Shown here one piece after another: positions 28,089-38,873 of a stretch of 64,000 nt of DNA. This stretch comes from a virus. A program made the translations under genes and the position numbers. The stretch lies in the IMG/VR virus record IMGVR_UViG_3300026875_000002; one strand, given 5' to 3'. The notes beneath the pieces were generated by a model, which ran no database searches, was not told where the DNA came from, and was given only the letters and a program-made list of their open reading frames with translations. Position 1 is the stretch's first letter. Each line of letters opens with the position of its first letter.

Positions 28089-28667
28089 ATGACAAAACAC
28101 AAATTTGACCAACAACCCCACGAATCAGAAAAATTATACAATAGATTCAAAAGATACAGAGCAAAACACAAATCCATCACTCTTGAAAAATTTGCAGAAG
28201 AAGAAGGAGTAACAAAATCAACAATAGCACAAAACAGTGCAAAATGGAATTGGGATGCACGAGCAGATGCATGGGATGCATATGAAGCACAAAAATTATA
28301 CAAGAAAGTTCAAGATGACTTCGAAAAACTCAACAAGAAAGGATTACATGACATGGATAACTTCATTGATGAACTTAATGAACTAAGAAAAGATGCAATG
28401 AAACGATTCAGAAAAGAAGCAATTAACAGTACTACTTGTCTTAATATTATGAAGAATTATATTACCTGTTATCGTGAGGCTACTGAAATTTATTATATTA
28501 ATTGTCGTAAACCTTTATTCCCTCCAGATATTGTTGAAGAAGATAAGGGTGCTGATGATAAAATTGATAATATCTTATCTGAAAATGAGGCTCATAATCA
28601 TGTTGTACAGTTACGTAAAGAGGGGAGTGCTAAGATTATGAGACCTGGATCTAATATTTCAGATTAA
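28089..28667 (+). CDS. terS: Terminase small subunit
   Basis: QQPHES...Y.RF..Y; HTH TLEKFAEEEGVTKSTI...KWNWDARADAWD; upstream of TerL. Confidence 0.75.
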   Translation: MTKHKFDQQPHESEKLYNRFKRYRAKHKSITLEKFAEEEGVTKSTIAQNSAKWNWDARADAWDAYEAQKLYKKVQDDFEKLNKKGLHDMDNFIDELNELRKDAMKRFRKEAINSTTCLNIMKNYITCYREATEIYYINCRKPLFPPDIVEEDKGADDKIDNILSENEAHNHVVQLRKEGSAKIMRPGSNISD

Positions 28668-28794
28668 GTTTTATGTGTTTGTTCAGCATTTCTATTTTTT
28701 TATTGAACACCTCTGATTTAAATCCCCCTATTTATTTTTTAGTAATATACATTGTTTACAATATTATCTTATTTTATACATATTTTATAACTGA

Positions 28795-30240
28795 GTGATT
28801 ATTACCATGTTAGTCAACTACGATAAATTAAACCAAACCATCACCGAAAGTGAACAACAAACATATATAGATGAAGTTCTACGCAATCCATACATTCCTC
28901 ATGGTAATAAAAAGGAACCATGGAAAAAAGTAGACCCATTCTATGAACAAATGTTAATACTCATGGATGAATGTGACAAAAAATACCCTGATTATAAATT
29001 AATCAGTGGAGGAGCATTTAGTGGAAAAAGTCAAATGACAGCAATCATGGCAGCAAGATACCTCATATATCCTAACTATCGTGGACTAATACTACGAAAC
29101 ACATATAAACAAGTAGTAAGTAGTGGCGGAGCAGTTGACAAACTCCGTGGATGGTTAGGTGATAAAAAAAGACTTGGAAAATACACATGTAAAGAAAACA
29201 AAACAGAAATGTTCTTTGAAGCACCCAACGGGGCAAGAATATACTACAGTTACTGTGACACACCAGAACAAATGGATAAAATAAGAGGAACAAGTTACCA
29301 TGACATATTCATAGAAGAAGCAAGTGAAATACCTGGAGACATACTAGAATTTCTACCCCGCTCCATACGACCACACAGAGGAAAAGATTATATTCCTGAG
29401 GGATATGTACTTAACAGTAACCCATCATTTGGGCCTGGTGTTGACTGGCTTCATAAAATGTTTCTTGATGAAGATAGTCCTCATAAACATTACACATTAG
29501 ACCTTATGATGAATCCCTTCGTGGATAGAATTGCATATGATAAAAGACTTGCAGAAATGAGTCCAGTACAACAAGCATTCATGCGTTTTGGTGACTGGAA
29601 TTATGTTCCTGATGGTGGACTTCTTCTTACACGTGAACAATTAGAAGAAGCTGAAATTGACCCCCTTGAATTTGATTATAATGATACTATTTTTAGTTTG
29701 ATTGGTGTTGATATTGCTGGTGAAGGTGATGATTACACTAGTCTTACAAGTATACTTTACCTTAAGAATGGTAATGTTATTCTTGATGATAATATTCTTC
29801 TTAATGATAGTACCCTTGAGGAACAAGTAAAACATTTCGTAGAAGAACAGACTGAGAAAACAAAACTCAATCGTATCATCTTTGAAGAAGAAGGAGGAGG
29901 AAGTGCAACCTATGCACTTAAACATTTCAAGCATGTACTAAGTGATATTCAGAAAAAGAATTATTTCAGTGTGAAAATGAAACCAGTACGAAAAAATAAA
30001 TTTGAAAGAGCAAGACCACTAGCATATGGTATACGAAATGGATTTGTACGTATCAACAAGTTTATCCCAAACAAGCAGTTACTACAAAATCAATTCATGT
30101 ATGTAAATCCAGATAAGCAGATAATGAAAAAACATAAAAGTCCGGATTTCCTTGATAGTGCCACTATCGGATATAATAGTCTTAACAGTATGTATAATCT
30201 TGAAGAATACAATAGAAAAATTAGGAGAAATAATAAATGA
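28795..30240 (+). CDS. terL: Terminase large subunit
   Basis: Walker A GGAFSGKS, ILR, Walker B FIEEASE, SNP, nuclease GVDIA..GDDYT and PDFLDS. Confidence 0.93.
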   Translation: MIITMLVNYDKLNQTITESEQQTYIDEVLRNPYIPHGNKKEPWKKVDPFYEQMLILMDECDKKYPDYKLISGGAFSGKSQMTAIMAARYLIYPNYRGLILRNTYKQVVSSGGAVDKLRGWLGDKKRLGKYTCKENKTEMFFEAPNGARIYYSYCDTPEQMDKIRGTSYHDIFIEEASEIPGDILEFLPRSIRPHRGKDYIPEGYVLNSNPSFGPGVDWLHKMFLDEDSPHKHYTLDLMMNPFVDRIAYDKRLAEMSPVQQAFMRFGDWNYVPDGGLLLTREQLEEAEIDPLEFDYNDTIFSLIGVDIAGEGDDYTSLTSILYLKNGNVILDDNILLNDSTLEEQVKHFVEEQTEKTKLNRIIFEEEGGGSATYALKHFKHVLSDIQKKNYFSVKMKPVRKNKFERARPLAYGIRNGFVRINKFIPNKQLLQNQFMYVNPDKQIMKKHKSPDFLDSATIGYNSLNSMYNLEEYNRKIRRNNK

Positions 30241-31676
30241 CTACATTAAATGAATTATTTCCAGAATTAGAAAATTTTCAACAAGAATTAGAGGAATATC
30301 TTACACTTGATGAAAGTAGTACAACACAAAAAAGAGACACAATCCAACATGAATATCTTAAACCTATTGTTGATCCAAGATTATCAAGGTATGTGTATCA
30401 TCGTTGTGATGACCTTCAAAAAGTTTTAACAGTATATGCAAAAGATGTTATTCTTAATGATTTTTCATTAGAAGATGTTGATGAAAACGATGAAAACATT
30501 GAATTAATCAATACAGTATGGAATAATAATGAAAACAAAATACAATTATACTATGCAGTACTTGAATACTTCATATATGGATATGGAGCATTAGAAATTA
30601 TTCAGCAAAGAAAAGGATATTCATTCCAACAAATACCTGCTCATACAATTAAAATAAGAGTAGAACCATTAACAAGTACTGTTACAGGTAATACATATCA
30701 ATTTTATTTTCTTGAACAAGAAATTAACGGAATCAAAACACTACTAAAATTCAGTCATCTTGATTATACTCTTCTTGAAAAATATGGTGATAAGGGTATT
30801 CTTGAGCAACTAGATTATGATAATCTTAATGAATGTCTCTGGTTTGGAGGATGTAATGAAGACCAATTCTTTGATATTCCTGCATGGGAAAGTTGTAGTG
30901 AGAAGATATATACCAACATTGCAATCAAGAAGATGAATCTTAAGAAAATTAATAAGGGAAATGTTCCTGCGGGCGTATTAATGTTTGAAGGACCTCCAGC
31001 ATTACCTGACCCTGATAATCCTGATGAAAAACGTATTGATCATATTCTTGAAGAGAATATTGATGCTACAGAGGGAGGTACCATGTTTACTTATATTACT
31101 AGTGATAGTGAGGAGCGTGGCGTTACTATGCAGTATCAATCTCTTGTTGATAATAATTATGAATATTTTAATGGGTTAGAAGAAGCTAATCGTAAAAGTA
31201 TTTATAAATGTATTGGTGTTCCTCCTATTCGTTTAATGCTCATGGATCAAAAAGAATCTATGAATAGTGATAAAAGTGATAAGGTTTTCAGTATTTATTG
31301 TGATAATGAAATACGTCCAACACAGATGCTTTTTAAGTCACCGATTAATCAGTGGAATAGGAAATATTTAAAGATTACTTCAAGTATTGTTATTGATACT
31401 CCCGAGTTTGTTGATAAGACAGGTATTCGTATTGATAATATTCTTAAAGGTTTTAATGCTGGATTATTAACTCTTGGACAAGCTCTTGAAGGATTAGTTG
31501 ATATTTATCCTCAACTTGACCTTCAAAGGAATGTGGATGATCCAGAATTACTGAACATGAGATTCTATAATGGTAATGCACTAGGTACCAATAATAATGT
31601 TAGTGATAAAGAGGAACAATACACTGACATGATTAAAGGTATGGAATCCTACCTTAACAATATGGACTCAATATAA
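30237..31676 (+). CDS. Portal protein
   Basis: Follows TerL; YFIYGYGALE, QIPAHTI, NVPAGVL, IGVPP motifs. Confidence 0.85.
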   Translation: MTTLNELFPELENFQQELEEYLTLDESSTTQKRDTIQHEYLKPIVDPRLSRYVYHRCDDLQKVLTVYAKDVILNDFSLEDVDENDENIELINTVWNNNENKIQLYYAVLEYFIYGYGALEIIQQRKGYSFQQIPAHTIKIRVEPLTSTVTGNTYQFYFLEQEINGIKTLLKFSHLDYTLLEKYGDKGILEQLDYDNLNECLWFGGCNEDQFFDIPAWESCSEKIYTNIAIKKMNLKKINKGNVPAGVLMFEGPPALPDPDNPDEKRIDHILEENIDATEGGTMFTYITSDSEERGVTMQYQSLVDNNYEYFNGLEEANRKSIYKCIGVPPIRLMLMDQKESMNSDKSDKVFSIYCDNEIRPTQMLFKSPINQWNRKYLKITSSIVIDTPEFVDKTGIRIDNILKGFNAGLLTLGQALEGLVDIYPQLDLQRNVDDPELLNMRFYNGNALGTNNNVSDKEEQYTDMIKGMESYLNNMDSI

Positions 31677-31682
31677 TGTGGG

Positions 31683-33545
31683 ATGGGATGTGATTACCCT
31701 ATGCTACATAAAAAGAAATTATTAAAGGTAATTGATTACCTTTACACTGCCAAGGCATATGATGATGCAATGACTCATTACATGATGGATGCCATTGATG
31801 ATGCTACTCTTTTTGAACTTCTTCGTAACCCCTCTCTTTTTATGAATATTGCCCTTTATAATCAGTTTACACGTAAATATTTTCCACAAATAAACACATC
31901 CAGTGATATTCAAAGAGCTGGAACACCCCTTCATAGAACAATAATTGAACAAACAATAAAACAAAACATGACAACACAGGAACAACGAAGACAAAGAATA
32001 TATAAAATTAACTATGAACAACTACTACGAGACTCTAACAGAATACGACAAAACAAACAAGTACCTAACACAACAACAAACAATGTACGAATACATGACA
32101 TACAAAACAAGACAACAAGAGACCTCACAGAACAACATGAAAAACTAATAAACGCCCAAATAGACAAACTAGAAAAAGAATTCAGAGAACTAGTAGAACA
32201 AGATGAACCAATAATCAAGGGACCAAACATAAAAGAAAACAAGGAAATAAAAAAACTAAGAAAAGAACACAACAAACAAATAGCGAGACAAAACAAGAGA
32301 TTAGCAAAAAACAAGGACAACAGAGTCAAATGGATGACAGAACGCTTGAAAGATAAGCCCCACATCTACAAAGTATGGAATCAAACACCAAATCCAAAGA
32401 CAAGACATACTATAACAGATGGACAAAAAGTACCACTAGAAGAAAAATTTGAGGTAATTAATGATAAAACAGGACAAATAGATATGATGGATTACCCTGG
32501 AGATTGGAAGGGTAGTCCTGCAAATACTGCTAATTGTTTATGTGAATTAAGTTTTACTGATGATGACAGTAATGTGTATGATCCTAAGAAGAAATCAGTA
32601 CGAGAGGAATATCTAGAATTACAGAAAAAAGTAGATAGACTAGAAGAAGGATTTGGTGAACGAGCAATAAAATTGATTAATGATGCGACTTTTCTAGGAA
32701 ATGATAATGATATAAAATGGGTATTAAAACATTTGGGGATAGGTTACAAAGAAAGGAATAGACTACATATATCTGATATTAATAAAGCGTTAGATGTACG
32801 TGATAAGTATATTCAAGAGGGATATTATGAATCTGATTTTAATTTAGAAAAAGCATATGGTAAAATATATATGGAACATGTGACAGCTAATATAAATAAT
32901 TTATTAGTTGATAGTGTTTCAAAAAAAAGTAATTCACATAGTTATAATATTTTATCTAAACATTATAACCGTAGAAGAATAGAAAGGGATAAGGCGCTAT
33001 ATTCCCCTGAAGAACTTAAAGCTTTGGATTTTTATTCAAAACCTATTTTTTATTCAACATTTAACGCATGGCAACGTCAAAATTTTTCAAAAAAAGTATT
33101 AGAAGATGAAACTAAAAGGGAACACAGTCTTTTAAGAAAGTATGATGCCGATTCTTTAGAAAAGATCTTTAAAAAAAATTACAATATTTTAAAAGATATG
33201 AGTATTCCATTAAACCAGGATATTATATTATATCATGGACAAGGAAATTTATATCCTAGCGATGGGAAGGAATTAAAAGAGAAGGGAGTGTGGAACAATA
33301 CTTTAAGTTTAGGTGCTTTTAAGCAAAGTGGGTTAAAATATGCAACTAATAATGGTGAAAAAATGATATTATTCAAGGTATATATTCCAAAAGGTACAAG
33401 AGTAACACCTATATTACAATTAAGTAGTAAACTTGGTAATACTGTTGAATCAGAATTATTACTTGATAGAGGACATGAGTATAAAGTAGATCATTATTAC
33501 TATGATGAAGGCTGTGCTACTAGAGATGTAAGATTAATTAATTAA
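31683..33545 (+). CDS. MuF (SPP1 gp7-like) head protein fused to a C-terminal Vip2-like ADP-ribosyltransferase
   Basis: MuF motif KVW....KTRH...DGQKV...F......YPGD..GSPANTANCLC; ART motifs E..AL.FY, DIILYHG, YIPKGT, ESELLLDRG. Confidence 0.85.
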   Translation: MGCDYPMLHKKKLLKVIDYLYTAKAYDDAMTHYMMDAIDDATLFELLRNPSLFMNIALYNQFTRKYFPQINTSSDIQRAGTPLHRTIIEQTIKQNMTTQEQRRQRIYKINYEQLLRDSNRIRQNKQVPNTTTNNVRIHDIQNKTTRDLTEQHEKLINAQIDKLEKEFRELVEQDEPIIKGPNIKENKEIKKLRKEHNKQIARQNKRLAKNKDNRVKWMTERLKDKPHIYKVWNQTPNPKTRHTITDGQKVPLEEKFEVINDKTGQIDMMDYPGDWKGSPANTANCLCELSFTDDDSNVYDPKKKSVREEYLELQKKVDRLEEGFGERAIKLINDATFLGNDNDIKWVLKHLGIGYKERNRLHISDINKALDVRDKYIQEGYYESDFNLEKAYGKIYMEHVTANINNLLVDSVSKKSNSHSYNILSKHYNRRRIERDKALYSPEELKALDFYSKPIFYSTFNAWQRQNFSKKVLEDETKREHSLLRKYDADSLEKIFKKNYNILKDMSIPLNQDIILYHGQGNLYPSDGKELKEKGVWNNTLSLGAFKQSGLKYATNNGEKMILFKVYIPKGTRVTPILQLSSKLGNTVESELLLDRGHEYKVDHYYYDEGCATRDVRLIN

Positions 33546-33586
33546 GAAAAACACAGTAATATATAACAACAAAATTTTGGTGAAGA

Positions 33587-33907
33587 ATGTTGAAAAAATA
33601 TCATGTAAAATATAGTGGGGAAAGTTTAGTAGAACATAGAGAATACTTAAAGGAAATAATAAAATATCTCAAAAAACATCCTGAAGAAGAAGGATTATAC
33701 TTATTTGCCAGTGAGTTCCAATATACTCTTGGAACTGAGGATCCATTGTATGCAAGAGTTCAAGATTTATTTGATGAAAATCCATGGTGTACAATATATA
33801 GTAACCTGCATACTAAGGCTAGAAATGGAGATATGATGGATCAAAAGGAGTTTCATGATTATTTTGTTAAGAAGTTTCCGCAGTGGAAAGATATCTATTA
33901 CTACTAA
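33587..33907 (+). CDS. Small protein after MuF-ART (candidate immunity/inhibitor)
   Basis: 106 aa, aromatic and acidic, ggtga SD, directly after the toxin domain. Confidence 0.55.
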   Translation: MLKKYHVKYSGESLVEHREYLKEIIKYLKKHPEEEGLYLFASEFQYTLGTEDPLYARVQDLFDENPWCTIYSNLHTKARNGDMMDQKEFHDYFVKKFPQWKDIYYY

Positions 33908-34251
33908 CTCTCTTTCACTCTCTTTTTTTAACTTTATTATTTTTTTTGTTTTTCAGCATTAATAGAATTCCCTCCACATGTATTAATAGTAGTGAAGAAA
34001 TGTACAATAACCTGCCTTAAATTATACGAAAATAAAAACTTTTCACCTCCACACTCCATTTTTGCCGATGATGAATTTTACTAATTTTTTTTTATAATAC
34101 TATTAATTCGGAGGTAAAAAATACAATAATTAATCCCATAATACTTAAGGGTATAATTTAATGGTTTTATTAATATAATATAAATAATTGCTAAACCAGG
34201 TAATCCTCATTAATTATAATCCAAGAGCATAATGGAGGAGGAATAAAACAC

Positions 34252-35325
34252 ATGCCAACTGATGTAATCTACATAAAATGCTGTGTACTCGCAAGCCAAA
34301 TACCAGACATAACCAATGATGTACTACAAAGAAGCGACATCAAAAAAATATTCGCAAACACTAAAAACATCAATTTCGACATAGAACACCAACGAAAATA
34401 CCTAAGTGGGATAGAGATTGTTGAGAATTATATAAATCAAACAGAAGAACACATCAAAGGTACAATGATACCTCCTGGTTCATGGATAATGGTCTTAGCA
34501 ATCTACAACAACCAACTACAAAACAGTATACAAGAGAACAAGATAAGAGGAGTAAGCCTAAGAACAGCACTAGGAGAAGCAGTAAACCTAACAGACAATA
34601 CACTAACCGGAAGAATAGAATACAAAGACATACTAAACAAGGAAGAAATGCAACCAGAAAGCATAAGCTTCACAAGTGACCCAGCAAATGAAATACCAAT
34701 AGAAGTAATGACATACGAGGCATACACGGCAAAAAATAAGAATAGAAGAACAGGTGACAAAATGATAAATGAAGATAGTGAAAACAGTTTTTGGAGAAGA
34801 CTCTTCAAAGAAAATTTCACAGCAAAAAATACTGCAAACCCAACACCTCAACCAACAAGTGAATTACTTGGAAGTGTTGATGCAGAAGAATTTATGAATT
34901 CTATGATAGAATCTCAAAAAGCAATATCAAAACAAACCGAACTAATACAAAAATTAGTAGAAAGTCAGACAAAAAGTGCTGATGCAATAAATAATCTAAA
35001 AATAGAACTAGAACAATTCAAACTAAATCTTTCAGACATGAAACTAGCAACAACAAACACAGAAGAAACTACAGAACCCAAAGAACAAGACACAGAAAAT
35101 CAAGAAGAAAACACAGAAGAAATAGAAACAAAACCCCAGGATGCTAAAGAAAAACAAAACACAGACAAAGAACAAGATGAAAACAAAGAAAAAGAAAAAC
35201 CGGAAGAAAAACACACAGCAAAATCAAGAAAACCAGTAAGAAGGTTAGTACAAACTAATCAAGAACAAGAAGAAATCCTAAAATTCATAGCAAACAGAAG
35301 TTATGAAAACTTTATGAAAAACTAA
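34252..35325 (+). CDS. Prohead protease (XkdF-like) with scaffolding C-terminus
   Basis: D..NDV....DI...FDIEH...VENYI...PGSWI....I.ENKIRGVS; acidic coiled-coil tail. Confidence 0.75.
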   Translation: MPTDVIYIKCCVLASQIPDITNDVLQRSDIKKIFANTKNINFDIEHQRKYLSGIEIVENYINQTEEHIKGTMIPPGSWIMVLAIYNNQLQNSIQENKIRGVSLRTALGEAVNLTDNTLTGRIEYKDILNKEEMQPESISFTSDPANEIPIEVMTYEAYTAKNKNRRTGDKMINEDSENSFWRRLFKENFTAKNTANPTPQPTSELLGSVDAEEFMNSMIESQKAISKQTELIQKLVESQTKSADAINNLKIELEQFKLNLSDMKLATTNTEETTEPKEQDTENQEENTEEIETKPQDAKEKQNTDKEQDENKEKEKPEEKHTAKSRKPVRRLVQTNQEQEEILKFIANRSYENFMKN

Positions 35326-35350
35326 AAACAACCTTGGAGGAAAAAGAAAC

Positions 35351-36595
35351 ATGAATAATTTCATATTACCAGATAGTGCATTTGCACCAGGTGTAATACC
35401 ATCCTACGATGAATTAAACAAAAACAAACATGGAGTAATCAGATGGTTACCACAAAACAAATTATTATCTGAAACAGCTGCATACACAGCAAAAAGTGCT
35501 AATCGTATGAGCTTTGAATCAAATGTAGGTGAACCATTCTATCACACAGATAATGGATCAATAGTAAAACCCGGTATGCTTCCAGCAGCAGAAGCAACAG
35601 CATTTCTAGCTGAAAGAACATACAGAAGCACATTCCACAAACTATGTAATTATGAACCATTAATTGCAAAGGAAACCAAACGTGTATACTATGGTGTTGA
35701 TGAAAACATAGAAGGTCTTGCAAATATACAAGATGGAAAACAAAGAGTAAGAAACGACATCAAAAGAGATACACACAAAACTAGAGATAAAGTACTAAGA
35801 AGTGAAACATACGTAGAAACAGCAGACTTCACAAGAGAAGACCTTAAAAACAATCTTGAGGGTCAACGATTCCTACAAACATACATCAACACAATCAGTC
35901 AAAAAAGAGAATGGAATTTAGGATTACTTGAATTATATTCTAAAAAAGATACAACAGCAGGGGACACTAGTGGACTTCATGTAAATGATGGATTATTCAA
36001 ACAATTAGATGATGCATATACCTTCTACAAAGAACACCTTGAAGACACAGATAGTGTACTATACGGACAAGGATACTATTGTGGTATTCATGGAACAGGT
36101 ACTGATAAAATACCACTCGACTTCACAAAAACAGATAGAAACCAAAGTGGAAACATTATAGAACAATTAGTTGACATGAACACACAATATTACACACAGC
36201 AAGGTCTTGACCAACAACAATTCCTAGTAAGTCCAGAAGCATATGGTAACCTAGGTAAACTTGCAAGTAGCAGAGAAACAGAACGTGGGGATAAATTATA
36301 CTTTGATGGAGATGCACTAAGAGTAAATGGAGTACCAGTAATACCATGTATGGAACTTGGACTCCCACGTAATGGATACAAACAACATGTACTCCTAGGT
36401 AACTTCAGAAGTGGTGTAACAAATGGATTCAGAGAAGAATTTAACACTGAAATTAATTATGATTTCAATGAATTCATGTGGAAAGTATCCACCTTTGTCG
36501 AATTTGGTACACTCCTTGAACATGAACAAGATGTACTTGCAGCTGAAGTAACTGGTCTTCCAACTCAGAAAGCAGAGACAAAGGTAACGCCCTAA
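35351..36595 (+). CDS. Major capsid protein (HK97 fold)
   Basis: Position after the protease; 414 aa; NDGLFK, FLVSPE.Y, GVPVIP, VLLGNF motifs. Confidence 0.82.
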   Translation: MNNFILPDSAFAPGVIPSYDELNKNKHGVIRWLPQNKLLSETAAYTAKSANRMSFESNVGEPFYHTDNGSIVKPGMLPAAEATAFLAERTYRSTFHKLCNYEPLIAKETKRVYYGVDENIEGLANIQDGKQRVRNDIKRDTHKTRDKVLRSETYVETADFTREDLKNNLEGQRFLQTYINTISQKREWNLGLLELYSKKDTTAGDTSGLHVNDGLFKQLDDAYTFYKEHLEDTDSVLYGQGYYCGIHGTGTDKIPLDFTKTDRNQSGNIIEQLVDMNTQYYTQQGLDQQQFLVSPEAYGNLGKLASSRETERGDKLYFDGDALRVNGVPVIPCMELGLPRNGYKQHVLLGNFRSGVTNGFREEFNTEINYDFNEFMWKVSTFVEFGTLLEHEQDVLAAEVTGLPTQKAETKVTP

Positions 36596-36689
36596 CCCTG
36601 CAAAATCAAGTATAGGTATAACAGTATTTGAAGACTGATAAACCAGTAGTAGATAATACATTTGTCAAGGAGGGAGGTGAAAAAGTACT

Positions 36690-37241
36690 ATGACAGAAGA
36701 AACCAAAGAAAAAACAACTCTTGCAAATGCAACAGTAATCCTTGAAGGAAAAAGAAATAGTTTCACTGGTGAAACTGGAGAAACAGGAAATGTTGACTTC
36801 ACAAAATTACCTCCAGATACATACACACTTCTGGTACAAAAAGAAGGATATGAAGACTACGTCCACAAAAAACCAATAAAAATAGATGAAAAGAAATACA
36901 ACAACATCCAACTCAACATCAAATTAAAACCACTTGAAACAGAACAAGAAACAACAACAGATGAAGAGGATACAACAAGAACAATCATAATAGAGACAGA
37001 ACCTGTAATAGAAGGAGCAGAAATAAACTTATTATCAGACAATGAAATAATAAAAACTGCAACAACAGACAATACAGGAATTGTAACATTTGAGGATGTA
37101 CAATTTGGGTCCTACACAATACAATCAAACACAGTAGGATATGAAGAAGTCACAAAAAATATCACAATAAACAGTAACAATAAAAATCCACGAACTATCA
37201 GTATATCATTTGTAGAAACAACTAATAATACAGAGGAGTGA
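36690..37241 (+). CDS. Two-domain carboxypeptidase-regulatory-like (Ig/prealbumin) decoration protein
   Basis: LANATV...TGETG.V.F..LPPDTYTL.V.KEGY, repeated twice. Confidence 0.65.
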   Translation: MTEETKEKTTLANATVILEGKRNSFTGETGETGNVDFTKLPPDTYTLLVQKEGYEDYVHKKPIKIDEKKYNNIQLNIKLKPLETEQETTTDEEDTTRTIIIETEPVIEGAEINLLSDNEIIKTATTDNTGIVTFEDVQFGSYTIQSNTVGYEEVTKNITINSNNKNPRTISISFVETTNNTEE

Positions 37242-37247
37242 AAACAA

Positions 37248-37697
37248 ATGAATACAATAGTAGAAGATGTACTCATATATCTTCCGGAATGGACAATTAA
37301 ACCACCATCTAAACCACATAAGGAATATGCAAAAGCATTCCTAGAAAATGATTCAAATGAACTAACAAGTGAAATAAATGTAAGAAAACATATTTCACCA
37401 GAAGAGATACTGAAAACATATCATTTAACAAAAATAAGAGTATCTAATTATTTATGTCGTAAACAAGTTCCAAATGTTAATACATGTTATGTAGCTACAT
37501 GCATGTGGACAGCAGGGGTACTTGAAGAAAAATATAAATTTAAAAGTATAACACGTTCACAATTAATAGTAGATGCTCAGAAAATGTTAGCACCATATAT
37601 TAAGCATTATTTCAGAGTGCTTAATGGACATCCTCACCATCATTGTAAACCTATTTTTCATAATGAAATCCATCTAACCGTGTATGAGGATGAGTAA
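37248..37697 (+). CDS. Head-tail adaptor (putative)
   Basis: Size and position after the capsid genes. Confidence 0.5.
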   Translation: MNTIVEDVLIYLPEWTIKPPSKPHKEYAKAFLENDSNELTSEINVRKHISPEEILKTYHLTKIRVSNYLCRKQVPNVNTCYVATCMWTAGVLEEKYKFKSITRSQLIVDAQKMLAPYIKHYFRVLNGHPHHHCKPIFHNEIHLTVYEDE

Positions 37698-37702
37698 TTT
37701 TT

Positions 37703-38191
37703 ATGCCAGGACGTTATTCTCATAGTATATATATTAAGTGTAATATACGTGCTTTAGAAAATCTTGACTTACCCGTACCATTTTTTCCAATCAAAAAAAT
37801 GCTCCGAAGATCAGCACAGGAAATTGAAAAACAAGTTGATTTCATTGTACCTGAACTTGCAGAATACAGTCAAGTAGCACAACGTAGTGCACTTGCAGAT
37901 ACAGGTAGTATAATAACAGGAAAACTCGATGAAAGTATACGAATTAAGAATGGACATAATTATGCGGATATTGGGACAAGTCTATTCTATGCACAATATG
38001 TTGAAGAAGGACGGGGCCCAGTACATGCAAAAAATAAACCATACCTAGTATTTAAAATACCTGGACGAGGATGGATAAGAAAAAAAAGTGTAGGACCTGC
38101 ACCTGCACGCTACTTTGTAAAAAGAAGTAGTAAGGAATTAGCAAAAGAAATACCTAAACGTCTTGAAGCGTTAGGTGATGCAATAGGATGA
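37703..38191 (+). CDS. HK97 gp10-like tail completion protein
   Basis: TGKLDESI...IGTSLFYAQYVEEG.G...G..AR.F. Confidence 0.75.
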   Translation: MPGRYSHSIYIKCNIRALENLDLPVPFFPIKKMLRRSAQEIEKQVDFIVPELAEYSQVAQRSALADTGSIITGKLDESIRIKNGHNYADIGTSLFYAQYVEEGRGPVHAKNKPYLVFKIPGRGWIRKKSVGPAPARYFVKRSSKELAKEIPKRLEALGDAIG

Positions 38192-38201
38192 TTGATGAAT
38201 T

Positions 38202-38873
38202 ATGGTGCAACAATATAACAATACACCACCAAGAGAAGGACTTGAAGCTCTTGAAAGTGATATTGAATTCTATAATATGTTAATAGATCAACAAAGAGAT
38301 GGGGACTCACTACTATCTCGTTTTAATATTGTATTAAGTGCACATTATGAGGATTATGATGCAGAAGAAGTTAATACAATATATGTAGTACGAGGAAAAT
38401 CAGAGAATATACGTACAAGTACTGAAGCAGAATGGTTTGCAGTACATATTCAAGTAATAATTCAAGTTAGTAATAATGATTCTCTTATAGCAAATCAAAT
38501 ACTTCGTTCAACGTATAGACGTATAAAATCATACCTTGTACGTAATCCTATATGGGGATTTATGACTACAGATACATTAACACCTCTCTATCGTAGTGAT
38601 GGATGTGTTAGTGAATTTGTAATAGATTTCACTGCTACAGAAGTAGAAGAATTTGAATTATATAATGAATTAGATGACTGGGAATTAGACTTATGCCTAA
38701 CTGCTGGTATAGATGGAACTGATGAATTAAATAAAATATTCCCCCCACTAGAAATAGTGAAAGAGAAAATACCTCATCATAAAATACAACAAACAATAAA
38801 AGAGGAAAACTCTGAAGAAATAAGCAAACAAATAAATAAAATACACTCCAAACAAAGGAGGATGTTTAACTAA
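38202..38873 (+). CDS. Tail terminator (putative)
   Basis: Position before the sheath; beta-rich fold pattern. Confidence 0.5.
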   Translation: MVQQYNNTPPREGLEALESDIEFYNMLIDQQRDGDSLLSRFNIVLSAHYEDYDAEEVNTIYVVRGKSENIRTSTEAEWFAVHIQVIIQVSNNDSLIANQILRSTYRRIKSYLVRNPIWGFMTTDTLTPLYRSDGCVSEFVIDFTATEVEEFELYNELDDWELDLCLTAGIDGTDELNKIFPPLEIVKEKIPHHKIQQTIKEENSEEISKQINKIHSKQRRMFN

